Below are positions 33,701 through 45,499 of a DNA stretch of 45,499 bases, one piece after another. Position numbers and translations under genes: made by a program. How positions within the stretch are numbered: position 1 is the stretch's first letter; each line of letters begins with the position of its first letter. The stretch comes from Klebsormidium nitens (lineage: Eukaryota; Plantae; Klebsormidiophyceae), in contig DF237620.1 of assembly GCA_000708835.1 (NCBI GenBank), positions 1 to 45,499 on the forward strand, read 5' to 3'. A model generated the notes under the pieces. The model had not been told where the DNA came from and did no database searches. It saw nothing but the letters and a program-made list of their open reading frames with translations.

Positions 33701-34601
33701 CCAACCTTCATTGTGCGGGTGCCAATCGAAGCTCCCTTCGTAATTGTCTACTTACACCGATCCTTGTTGCAGTTCGAACGTGAACATTCCCTTGCCGTTT
33801 GGCACGGGTGACAAGGGCTACGACTATGCGATGCAAGAACTGGTGGAGCTTGTTGTGGATCGGTTCGCGCCAAACCTGATCGTTGTGCCCTTGGAATTAG
33901 ACGGAAGCGCGGTGAGCTTTACTGCCCGGTTTGTAGACACACAGTCGTGTCGTGGTGGTCGTTCTTCTAGCTTTTGGTGTTTGCTTGATACATGCATTGC
34001 ACTGTCAAGCTAAGGACTTTGGGTGCGAGACTGGTCAGGACCAATCGTTGTTCGTGCCTCGACTGCAGCTGTTTAGATTCAGATTTTACACGTTTATATT
34101 TCTGCTAAGTCCTACCCTTTGATGAGGACGCAAGGTGACTGCAAGCCCGTTCATTCAAGCAATCCTGCGAGGATCCGGGCTTTTTTCGTCGCTGTTTGAT
34201 CTCATTTGAATCGAAGAGTCAATTAAGGATGACTCTCTGATTTGAATTAGACGAAGGTCTGGCACTTTGCCAACAGTCATGATAAATTGTTGGACGGACT
34301 GATCACAAAAAGCTCTCTGCAGTTCGACCCAAACGGCCGGCAAGCTCTGACAATGGCAGGCTACAAACGGCTCGGGGAGCGGATACGCGACTTGGCAGCA
34401 AAACACGCCGAAGGTAGAGTCTTACTTGTTCAAGAGGGAGGGTACTCCGTAAGTTATGCGGCGTACTGCCTCCATGCGTTTCTTTCGGGGCTTGCAGGTG
34501 TGAACGTTCAGTTGGACGATCCGATAGGTCATTACCCTGAGAATGAGGCTACTTGTTTCTCGATGATTAAAGCTCTGAAGTCAGAGTTTAGGATGATGTG
34601 A
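30707..34601 (+). CDS. HDA8: Histone deacetylase family (RPD3/HDA1 superfamily), HDA8-type, 5 exons, ~381 aa
   Basis: Exons 30707-30892, 31563-31870, 32635-32868, 33773-33911, 34323-34601 (GT-AG, phase-consistent, 1146 nt). Motifs VFWHD, EPHPE, YALVRPPGHHA, GYCFVNNA, IDIDVHHGNGT, NVNIPLPFGTGDKGY, FDPNGRQALT, QEGGYSVSYAAYCLHA, matching plant HDA8 as I recall it. An N-terminal extension is possible (frame open upstream; cctgcag at ~30652-30658). Confidence 0.9.
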
Positions 34602-36107
34602 AACCTGAAGTAACTCAATTCAGAGGCTTGTGCACGGGGTTGAGCCACAATTCCGCGGCTTCAAGACATAGACTGTAAGGGCGAGCGGAGCATGGCATCG
34701 AATGACGCACAAAATCATCGAATCATTGGCGACTTGCGACACGTCTGTCCGCAAACGACAGTGACAAAGACGATATTGGTTTGAGCCTCCATTGTTAAGT
34801 CAATCTGACGGAGCTGACACCCGTAACGTGCCACTAGCATGCTGTGTAGGTGCAGCGAGAAAGTAAAGTAGCCTTGATGGCTGTTCTAAAGACGACTGCA
34901 AGCGATCGGTGGCCGGATTGAGTGGTCGCTTCATGGATTGGCGGTCATTGCTGATCCGACCATCAGATGAGAGCTTACGGCTGAGTCCCGCCTTCGAGAA
35001 CATGAAACGGTGCGGGAAGCAAACTTAGCATTCGTGTCTCAGCTGGGGCAGGCTCGATTCAATGATTGGGCACGGAAGACATATAAACTTAGGTGCTTTG
35101 TCCCAACGACATGTTAACATGTCGGGCCTTCAATTAATCCGGCCATTGTGGTGAGTGAGGCGAACGATCGATCACGCGGCTGTTCGAAGTGTTCAAGTTG
35201 AAAGCAACGTCCGAGGTCTCTGAATGATCATGGACGTCATCTCATCAATCCTCCCTTGTCATTACTTAGCTCGAGGTGCGCTGAATGATCGGACTTGATT
35301 GACATCATCGTACAACTGTAGTACACCGCACCGTCATTTGATCACGCTTTGAATACCCTGCAAGCTCTGGCTTTGCAAATGCAAGACATGGTATTGTATG
35401 ATCACATGGATTCACGTACGTACGGAACGCGGATCGAAAGGTACTATATATATGAAGGAGGTCTAAGATCATGATGCTGATGCGATGGTACCGTCCATAA
35501 GCGACTTGATTACTAAAGCTCTGCTGCACTGCGAAGATGCAGGCTGTCCTGGAGGCGCTCTTGAACATCAACATGCATGACTCCAGCTGTGCAACGAATC
35601 AACCTTAAATCATTCCAAACAACCGAGTTTTATGAGCGGCCGATCTACTGGTTTGAAGCCTGCATGATTGCATATTTATCCGGTATAAAAAGCACAATAC
35701 GGTCGCCGGCGATTGAGGTAGATGCAACTCAATCAACTAAATCAGTCACGAATGATAGACTCTCAGGTATCAGCCAAGACATGGGCACTTCTTTGAGTTG
35801 TGAATTGGGTCCGAGTGCAGCAGCTCAGTATACATGGTCTGTACATCGTAGGTGGTCGCTTCGTCTGCTTGTGTCTTCCCTTCCTCTCTAGCTCTTGCAA
35901 TCAACGGTTGGCCTATGCTATTCAAGACCGGCCCTATACACCTTCAAACGGTAGTGTAGTGTACACAAGCACGACAACCTTCTCTTGGCATGAATTATTG
36001 AACCTTCTCTATCTCCACTTTCCTCTACCTGTTTGTGATCCTTGACGCTTTCAAAGGACACCTTCGGCAATAAATACCTGACAAAGATGCTTTGTGCTTG
36101 ATCTAGT

Positions 36108-39100
36108 TCAGTGGCCTGCTGTTTGGCGTGGCTTCTGCCAACTTCGTTCTGCGTTGTGAAGACCGGTCAAGACCCCAAGCTGGAGCTGACTCGTCCAAGT
36201 GTGCCACGCCAAGAAGACTGCAAAATTGCGGGATAGGCCGTTGTGATTCTTTCCCAGCGCTTGCGCTGCCAATTTGTCGAAGTTGAAACACACTTTTGCC
36301 TGCTGCCTGGTGAATCTGCTTTTACCCGTTAGCATGTACCCAAAACATTGCTCAGCAAGTGTATGTGAAGGAAGTTTTCGCTCAATGAGACCGAGCTTGG
36401 AGTTTCAATGGTCAACAAGAGGGCTTTCATTGAAGCGAAAAATCATTAAGCTCCGCTTCTGACATAACGAATAGAGAGAAAGTTCGTAAAGATCTCGACA
36501 CAAACGACCCACCTTGTTTGACGACCTTGAGCGTGCAAGCTCCTTGGTCACTTTCGTGGCCTCATTGATGCACTCCCCTCCACACGAGACGTTTTGCGCT
36601 TTCCCCGGGCAGCGCTTGCCGGCTCTCGCCAAAGCTGCGCAGTGCGCCGCTGCACTCGATTTGACGAGGGCATCCTTGGCGGTCTCCCCGCTTACCCCGC
36701 TTAACAGGGCAGCTATTACCTCTGCGCAAAGAAAAGGATCGTGAAGTAGTAAAATAACACAGCCAAAAATGAGTTCCAACTCAGAAGTGAAGAGCTGTTA
36801 TTATTACCTTGCCGGTGACTTTTGAAGCCTGGTTTCTTTGAACACATTAAGTGTTACTGAGGTCTGACAGTATCTTTGAATCGACTCCCTGTATATCTGG
36901 CGGAATTCTATTTGAGGAGTACTCAAGCTCTGACTTACCGTTTGTTTCTCACGAAAAGGGCGAAACGCTCGTGTTTCAATTATGAAAGCTTCTGTTCTCT
37001 CCAATCAATGAGTCCATTCTTTCCAGAGCCCGATAACCTTTGTTCATTCTGCTTCAGAAAGAGGATTACTCTGAAAGCTGAGCTGACGAATCGAAGTGCT
37101 GAAGTCCCAAAATGTTGTATCTTCCCAAGTGGCGGCCGCTCTCGAAGGGCGCTGCTTGACGCACACACATGCTCATTTCCAAAGTACCCTGCTCACCTGT
37201 CCCCGCAAGGGTACACTCGTCCTTGTCTTTTGCATCCGCCAGATGCAGCTCGAGTGCCGGAATGATGCCCGCGTGCATGCAAGCATCGGGGTCCACCTGA
37301 GCCGCGCACCCCAGAAAGAACACCGCGTATCGGACCCTGTCCTTCCGACTCCCCTTGACGCTGGCATCCAGAAGCTTGACCAGGAAAGCCGTAGCGCTGG
37401 CGGCAACGATGTCTCTGCCCAAGTCCGTCGCAGCAACCTCGAGTTTGTCGATCGCAACCAGGCATGCCTGCAAGCCGTAAGGTGACCGGGGTTACAATGG
37501 TCTCACCAAAGTGCAACTTTTGATTCAACTTTTGTTCTACTTCACAAAGTTTTGGCTCATAGGGTGAAGGCTTCGCACACCTGATCATGCCTAGGCTTGG
37601 TAGGCAACATTCTCAGACTGTCGCGAAAGTTTGCGCACAAAGCAGTAACACCCTTTGCTGGACTACGATGTCGCAACAACTCGTCGAACCGCTTTTCCTT
37701 TTTGGACTTCAGACGAAATCCTAGAGTGCGAATATTCGTGCTCATTGTACTCATTTCAAGATGGAACACATTGAAGGTCCGCTCTGGCCAACCCTTACGG
37801 GAAAAGCTGGCTAGGCCCAAAAATCACTTGTGAGGCAACATATCGATGAGCCCACAGGCGGCACCCGAAAAGACGCCAAGAAGACGGACTGTGCCAACGG
37901 ACCCCTCCAAGTACAGATCGAGAAAGGTTAGAACTCGGTCAGCTAATCCAAGTCGGCTTACAACGGCGTCTCCGGTTCGCCCGCTCGCCTCCAGCGTCCT
38001 CGCTGCTGTGAACAAAATCTTCACCCCCCCGCCGCTCACGACTGCCTCGATCACAGCCGCGCCGATCCCTTTGCAGAGCCGCCAGAGAACCCGCACGAGC
38101 ATGACCTTGTCCTCCACTTTCGCCAGCGGAACGGCCTTCAGCAGAACGGTAATGTGCGCGTTTCCAGCCCCCGCCAAGTTTCCGAGGTTCACAGCGCCGG
38201 ACGCTAGCTTGTCCAACGCATCTGCGGCCGCGCTCTGTGCGTCCGGATCGTCCAAGAGGCTCACGAGGGCCGCCACAAATCTGCTGTCAGCAGCCGCGGT
38301 CTCCGGGACGCACTCACTGATCTGCGTCATGATCTGGGCGGTTGGAGTCCTCAGCTGCTTGGCGACCTGGACTAGGACGGTCACCCCATGCTTGTCGCCC
38401 ATCAGGGCGGTGCAGAGTTGCGCGTTACTGGTGAGGGCTGTGAGCGCTTGCAAGACGCTCTGCACTGCCGGGCCGCCCACGAGCCCGCGCTTCTGGGCGT
38501 CAGTGAGGAAGCCGAGAGCCGCGCCGATCGCGGCCGTGCCCTGGAGCAGGGGACCAATCATTTCAGGTGTTGCTGTGATGCTCAATCTTCTGCACAATAG
38601 GACTCGAAGCGACAAGACAGTCAAAGTATAAAGCTCGAAGAGAACCAATATAGCTGGTGAGGCATGGAGAGAGCAATACTGGATCCCTTGAGACCCAAAC
38701 TAGCCTGCCTGCATTAGTAGAGTATAGCTGTGAACATGGGAATCCATTCTCTCTTTCGGCCCTGACCTTCGGGCCAACAAGCTCGGGATCATTATCTGCA
38801 GAACTCGAGCAATCTGGACTGCCAATCACAGCTTTTTGGCCCCCAAAACGAATCAGAGCCTTTTGACCTACAATGCGCCTCATAGCTTTTGACAACAGCT
38901 ATGCAAAACCCTCAATTTTTGGCCGCGGCCTTAATCGATCACTGATATGCTGCCGACGTTATTAAAAGGTGGAAGCGACCAACGGGAGCTCTGCTAACAT
39001 ATACATCAAGCAAAACGGTCTCGTAAGGAGCCCGCATAAATATGAGAGCACTCTGTTGCCTGCCTACTTGACGCAAGAGAGCCTATCATGCCAGTAATGT

Positions 39101-42100
39101 GCAACTCCTCGGTCGATCTCTAAGATCAAACTCACGAGCCAGATATTTGGTACAAGGCCAGTTGCATACGATGAAGGAAAGATTCCAACGCTTACCCGAT
39201 CGCCCCAGCCATTGGTGCTCGAGAGCTTGGCAAACAGCTCCACGCCAGCTGCGCGGCAGTTGGCCGACTCCTCTCCTTCCGGGCAAAGCCACGCCGGCTC
39301 CAGATTCTGCGCCACGCTACCGGTCGATACCACCAGGTCCAAGACGTGCAGGGCCGCAAGTCGCTCCTCGCCGTTCCCGCCGTCCAGAATCTTGCACAAT
39401 CCTACCAGCGCCGCGGAGTTTTTGAGCGCAGTCTCCGCTTTTACCGGGCACGCTGCCATCAATCCCGCAAGCGCCTTTGCGCAGTCCCGGGTGCGCGAGC
39501 GGACCGCTTGGAGGACCCGGGAAATTAGCTCGACTCCTCCCTCTTCGACGAAACGCCGCGCAAATGGCCGGCTGACCGAGAGGATTGCGACGCAGCGCAA
39601 TGCTGAGCTCTGCGCATTCTGGACGGAGGTTTGAAGCGAAGAGCCGAGATCGGAGAAGCGTGCTCTCGGAAGGGACTCCCTCGTCGTGAATCTCAGTAGC
39701 TCCAAAAGAGTAGTCACAGACAACTCCCTTCTCTTGACGTCCGCCGACCCCTCTTGTGTCTCGTCCTCCCCCTCCCCTGTAGACGTGGTTGCGAGGAGAT
39801 CCACCAAGAACGACACACAAGCCCAGCCTTCCGCAGCCCCCGGTTCAGCTCCGATCTCCTTCACCAACGACTGAAGTAGGCGCAACAGTTTGTCGACTCC
39901 CCCAGTCCCAAGCAGGTCGCCCGGCTCGCTCACGGTAGCCGCCAAACCGGCGAGGAAGTTCGCGAGAGGCAGCCTGAGCGGCTTGTTGCTCTCGGCCTGC
40001 CCCAACAGGTAGGTGAGAACAGCCGTCCGTTCCCTTGCGCCTGCGCCCTCTACCACCGACTGCTCCGAAAGGCCGGACGGCGCCCCCTGAGCAAGCCAGG
40101 TGAGCATCTGCAAGGCCTCAATCGTCGTGGCCCGGTCGAGGACGAGTTTCCACAGGGAATCGACGACGTCCTCGGGTGCCGGGTCCGCGGCTAGCTTGGC
40201 GCTCTGCGCTTGGTTTGTGACGACGACTCTTGCTAGCTGGCAGAGCACGCGGCGGCCGATGCCGCGCACGCATTCAACCGTGGCTGGGCCGTGGACCCCG
40301 TGCATCATCTCGTGCAATCCCTGCAGTAGCAACCGGAGATCTCAGGCAGTGCTGACGCATGCCAGAGACCACTGGCATCCGAACGAGATTGACTTATTGG
40401 ACGAGATTGACTTAGGACGTTTAGAGTAAACTCCCTGTCATCTCGTAGCATCTATCAAACGGTCAGCTCCGCAACGCTGGTCAGGACGTGTCAGAAGGCA
40501 GCTTGGTTGGTACCCGACCGCAAATTGGCAGGTTTCAAATTCATGCACAACGAAATTAGTGATGGTATACCTCAGAATTTGAGGAAGCAGCCGATCGTAA
40601 GGGAATCAGCGGTTCCAAGCTGTCTGCGGCTGAGCATTTTCGCTCCATCAATTGTATATGAACAACCAAACTTTTGGCACTGGAAAGAACCCAATCGATT
40701 GTGAAGGGAAAAGAAACTTTCCGTAAGAGGCCAACCAGACCAGTCAATAAATCTGGCGATACGTACTTCCTTTGACAGCCTACATCCCTTTGTTCTGTTA
40801 GCCGTACCATCTGATGATCAATGGAGCACGGTTGTATACATTGATCTTTCTTTAGGCTAGTGGTCAATCAGTCTCTGACCAACGTCGAAGATGGGAATGA
40901 ATACCAAGAAAGGGAACTGGTAGAAACTGCAGTCGCAGCACTTTGGCACTCAGATTCTGAACCGGACGTCTCCTCAGGCGCTTTTAGTTGGCTCACCTCC
41001 GCAAAACTTAGGTGCACGAGCCCGGTGATCAGGCCGGTTTTCTCTTGCTTGGCTAGCAGGACCGATATCGTCCGCACTTCCAGACAGTGTCCGATCGTCT
41101 CTGCGGCCTTGCCTCTGACGGCAGGACTCTCGTCCGACAGAAGCTCGAGCAAGCTGTCGCGGGCTTTCTCGATGATTTCTCCGCAGGCCTGTCAAGCAGA
41201 AAGGATGTTGCAGATCTACAGAACGAAACGAGGACGATAGAGATGACTGACCGGAGGGTCACACGCTCAGGCAGAGACCGGACTGAAGACTGCGGAATGC
41301 ATGCAACGAATGTGCGCTGTTTTTCGACAAAGCAAAACCGGGCCTTCGGCAAAAGCGGCCGGAAAACGTCTCTCATGTCAAGCAGGGTTCTCAAAGTTGC
41401 ACCCAGGAAACTCTCGCACCAAGTTCGAAACGTTCGGCGCTCCAAGGTCCAAGGATCATGATGCGAATTGCATCGGAGTGGTTCGCATACTGGAACCGGC
41501 CACCGAAGTCCCTTTCGAAACCATACCTCAAACGCGAACAACGAGCTCCTTGTGGGCAATCAAGTAGTGCTGTCAATTAGCTCCCCGAAAGAGGCATCAG
41601 TACCTTCCCTGCACTTACGTTTTCTGCTACTTTGTTGTTGTTTCCATATGCCTCCCGCACCGCAGCCGCCATGATGGCTTCCAGGGCCGTAACTGCGAAA
41701 AGCCGGACCTGGCCTTTTAAGCCTAGGACGCGCACCAAAGGCTGCAAGCAGATGAGCGCACGCAAGTCAGAGCAGTGCAAGGTATGACTTTGTTTTTCAG
41801 AAACTTTTGAGTGACATAAGTGCCTTGGATTTCATCTGACTCAAAAAAGCAGGCTGACGAGAAATTACTTTTTGCAAGAAAACCAATGTCCAAGTTTTGG
41901 TGCAAACAAAGTCCTTGAAAAATACTTTCGAAATGAAGAAGGTTCTTCAAGGAGGCAGACCTCCATTCGGGTGATGTCAGTACTTCGCTCATGTAGCACC
42001 CTGAGCAATGGACTCAAGCTGGAGTAACACTACCAACTACCGAGCAGATAGCAAGGCTGACAGTCGATAGCTCAGAATGCTCCGGGAAAGAAGATGCTCA

Positions 42101-45100
42101 GAGGATCTCAAGCTCTTAGGCTGGTCCAGAGTCGATTGAGCACCAACCAGGCCTACATACCTCGACGGCCTCAGCTTCGTACACCTGCATCCACTTCTGC
42201 GGGTGGGCCTGGAGGAGGTCGGTCAGCTGCTCCGCTCCAATTGCCACTTTCGCGTTCAGTCCGCCGTCCAGCAAGAGGTTTGAGAGCGCTGCCATGACAT
42301 CAGGGTCCTTCGTGACCTCTGCGCTGACTGTGCTGGAAGCATCCTCGCCAGCTAGACCGTTGACTGTTCTCTGTTGACGAGGGGACGAGATGATGGAGCG
42401 AGGGGAGTCGGGGGGCCTCGAGCATGAGAGAAGGGCGCGCTCCCGACCGATCCAGTCACTCAGCCACTCCCACCATTCGGTGATGGCGAGATGGAGGTCG
42501 ATGTTTTTGATGGCAATCCTGCAAAGAGGCAGCGATGCGTGCGTTGGTGAGTTATCAAAGCTGACAGAGGACAGTGACTGGGGGCCTTCGTTTCTTGAAA
42601 AACGTCGTGACCAGATGGATAGCAGGCAGCACGTACAATCATATACCAGTTGAAACCTTCTGTAGGGTGAGCCTCCCAGGGCTCGACTGCACTTGATATA
42701 CTCAACACGAAACTGTCATTAGAACTCTTACAATTTGCAAGAAAGCTCGGGTACCTTGCTCAAAGTAGCAACATTTGAAAAGGTGCTACAGTAGCAAGCC
42801 TGCAAAAGCTCAACAAGCATGAGCACACATCCTCGCCTGTTGTTGATGGGCCTCCTTGTGACCGGGCATGTAGGCTTGTCACTCCCTAGATGCTGTTCAA
42901 GGCACTTCTGACAGAAGGAGTAACCCGTCTCCACAATGACTGGGTCCTCAAGCGTGCAGGAGCAAATGCGGCAGGTAAAGCTCCTAGGGTAAAGATGGTC
43001 CGCCTTCTGATGATCAGACTTTGCACTCTCCTTTGCCACGCCTGCTTTCGCGTGCAACTCGTTCAACATCCTCTCCAAGATGTGCGCTGGCGTGCTACTC
43101 TCAATCTGCTCGAAAGCTTTCTGCATGGGCAAGGGGTCAGGGTCATTGCCAGCAACGTAAGGAAAATCATCAGGTCTTGCAGGTATCATAGGTGCATAAT
43201 TTGACAACTGATTGTCTGATAAGATAGTGTTCGTTGAGAACAGTCTAAATGGTCTAAAATGCTTGGTAAGATCTGTACTCATTGTTCCAAAAGGAGACTG
43301 GATTGCAGAAGCTTGTGTCCAGATCGGACAATAAGATGCAGAAACACCGTGTCCCATGTAAACCGCCACAAACCTGGCTTTGTACTCGAATAAAGCTTCA
43401 ACCTTGGGTGGTGGGTTGCAACTAAGATATTAAATGCTTTGTGAAGCAGTTGCTCGTCATGCTTTTCTCAGAAACTGATGATCTATAAGAAGGAACACCA
43501 ATTACAAGGCAGAGCTCGATGCAGGTAAAGTCACGAAGGAAGAGATTCTTCCGGCATATTCTCGCCTAGATGCCGTTCCTTCCAGCCTTCGGCACGCCTC
43601 AGACTCCCACACAGAAGATCTGTCTGACATTAGTCATCAAGTATGACCTCAAAGAGAAGAGCCTCACCTTGAGTGCCTCCTGAGAGGTGTCCCGGCTCTC
43701 TCGGGTGGCTTCCAATTCCTGGTTGAGCAGCGCCACGCTTCTTCTCAGTCTCTCATTCTCTGCTGCGTTTTTAGCTGCCAACATGGCCTCCTCCTTCCAT
43801 CGCAGGCTCTCCAGCTCCGCCTTCTCTTTCTCTTCGAGCAGCTTTTCTGTGTCCAGCACGTGCCTGAACATGACGTCCTCTATCACCATGTCCGCGTCTG
43901 AGACCCAAGCCTGTCCTTCGCCTGGTCCCAGCATGCCCTCACTGCGAAACACTTTCCACTCCTTCTCCAGGCGGTCCACACTGACTGTCCCCATGCTGCT
44001 CTGTGCAAGAAGCTCGATGATGCGCTCCCCATTGTGCTGCGCATCGCTGCTGCTGCCGCCCCTCTGAGCAACCTTGCGCACCTGCATGATCAAAAGGTAG
44101 TTGCTTGGCGCGCTCTTAGCGCATTTCCTTTTCTGTTGCTCAATTCTTAATAATAGGGGATGCTGGATGCGGGCCTTGATTCCAATGATACCATTCCTCA
44201 GTGAACTTGGAGAATGCAAGCACACAGGAGAGCCGAGTGAACATAATGCTGTTGTCCTTGCTAAGTTGCGGCACTTTAAACTTAAAGATTCCAACGTAAG
44301 AGCCAATATGAAAATGGCCGTACAAGTCAACTAACAATGCAACTGAGACACGTCAGAAGAACCATAACTGGTATGCTATTATCCTGTGCTCTCAGAACTT
44401 AGGACGCCATCAAGGATATACAGCATCATGCGTGCAATTCAATTCAAGACCCAGTAAAACTCGAAAGCATGGCAGTCAAAAAAGAACCTGGATGTGTCAT
44501 TGAGTGCTGGCATTGTGTGGATTCCATAGCAAAGGTGTAGACCCAAACCCTAAGTCACTGACAATGAGAAAGCAATCTTATTATGGTTACCTCAGAGTAA
44601 CTTCTACCACTGGAAGCACTGCAATTACCAAACTCCTTACCCGATCAAGAATCTCCGCCCTGTCCTTCTCTATAGCCTCAGCATTCTTGTCCAGTTGCTC
44701 TTTCAACTCCTTGAGCTGTGCATTTACTTCGGCAACATTCTTGTCAATCTTCCCCATCTGACCCCTGATCCCAGGAATTAACGTGCTCAGTCCCAGCTCT
44801 ATGCGGCGCGAAACAGCAGCCAATCGTTTTGCAACATTCTCCCCTTGGAGCACAAGGCGGGCCCAATTGCGGAGACCCTTCCCCTCCCCCTGCTGCACAA
44901 TGCCCAGGCCTTCTTGAAGCGCATCCTGCAACTCTCCTAACAGGCGCCGCACATTGTGATTGTCTTCTGCATCTGCAAGGTTCTCAATCACCGCCTCCAA
45001 GGAGAGAACCACGTTTTCCAGATCAGCACACTGCTTTCGAAGTTGGGGCACCTTCAGTATAGCTGTGTAAAGCTTCTTTGCAAGACAGAGCGCGGCGGCG

Positions 45101-45117
45101 ACCGCATTCCCTGCCAT
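36108..45117 (-). CDS. Plant U-box (PUB)-like E3 ligase: N-terminal helical bundle, coiled coil, U-box/RING-like domain, long ARM/HEAT array; ~1400 aa
   Basis: Inferred exons 44641-45117, 43668-44081, 42837-~43200 (acceptor uncertain), 42161-42518, 41619-41741, 40997-41188, 39196-40320, 37962-38540, 37197-37467, 36513-36721, and a less certain last exon ~36108-36300. U-box-like FTCRICSCTLEDPVIVETGYSFCQKCLEQHLGSDKPTCPVT...IAIKNIDLHLAITEWW; ARM/HEAT-like helices (LLELLSDESPAVRGKAAETIG, GGVELISRVL, FVAALVSLLDD, GGVKILF). Both ends of the gene are uncertain. Confidence 0.72.
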
Positions 45118-45499
45118 ACTCAAATAACCTAACAACGAAATGTCGTCTGTACATACGTTTACAAGATAAGTCGTGTAGCTGTGCCAGAAGCCACCCCACT
45201 GGAGTTAAGGGCAAGGAGAACTGTTTGCAGCCCCACTGCATTCAAGGACAAGGAGAACTGATCGCAGCGAGACAAATGCTCCAGGTAGGATCTGGCTAGG
45301 TATGTACCCATTCCTGTGAGCTCAAGGCTGAGCAAGCCCATCTCACATCTGACTTGGACTCTGATTCCAACTCGTGCATGAGCTGGCATGAGTGATATCA
45401 ACAGAGTGGCGGTACGTACCTTCTCAGGATTGTTATGATTGTTCGACCCTGGAGTCTTGCTTCTGATTCACCTGAAGCACCTGGGTAGGTACCTCGAAG

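Noticed and set aside
34602-36100. Short ORFs between the convergent HDA8 and PUB-ARM 3' ends
   Set aside because: No recognisable motifs or consistent splice structure; treated as intergenic/UTR.
37846-39820. ORFs 37846-38631 (+), 39212-39634 (+) and 39317-39820 (-)
   Set aside because: Antisense or alternative-frame shadows of the ARM-repeat exons.

Overview
Eukaryotic, intron-rich nuclear DNA with streptophyte-type genes. It resembles a charophyte alga such as Klebsormidium; this is an inference from gene content, intron density and composition, not a database match. Four protein-coding genes are supported: (1) a single-ORF LRR receptor-like kinase (+, 1229-3304); (2) a 26-exon TIC236/TamB-family plastid import gene (-, 5117-29927, about 2434 aa, every junction phase-consistent in my manual reconstruction); (3) a 5-exon HDA8-type histone-deacetylase-family gene (+, 30707-34601), head-to-head with TIC236; (4) a multi-exon U-box/RING-like + ARM-repeat protein with an N-terminal helical bundle (-, about 36108-45117). 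One 540-N assembly gap. No transposase, CRISPR array or structural RNA gene was recognised. The most striking feature is in the TIC236 introns, which carry about 35 degenerate 'echo' copies of the adjacent exon ends around 13 of 26 exons. Copies of exon 5' ends (with acceptor) lie upstream, and copies of exon 3' ends (with donor) lie downstream. Several differ from the real exon mainly at synonymous third codon positions, which is unexpected for neutral intron DNA. All alignments and counts were done by eye.
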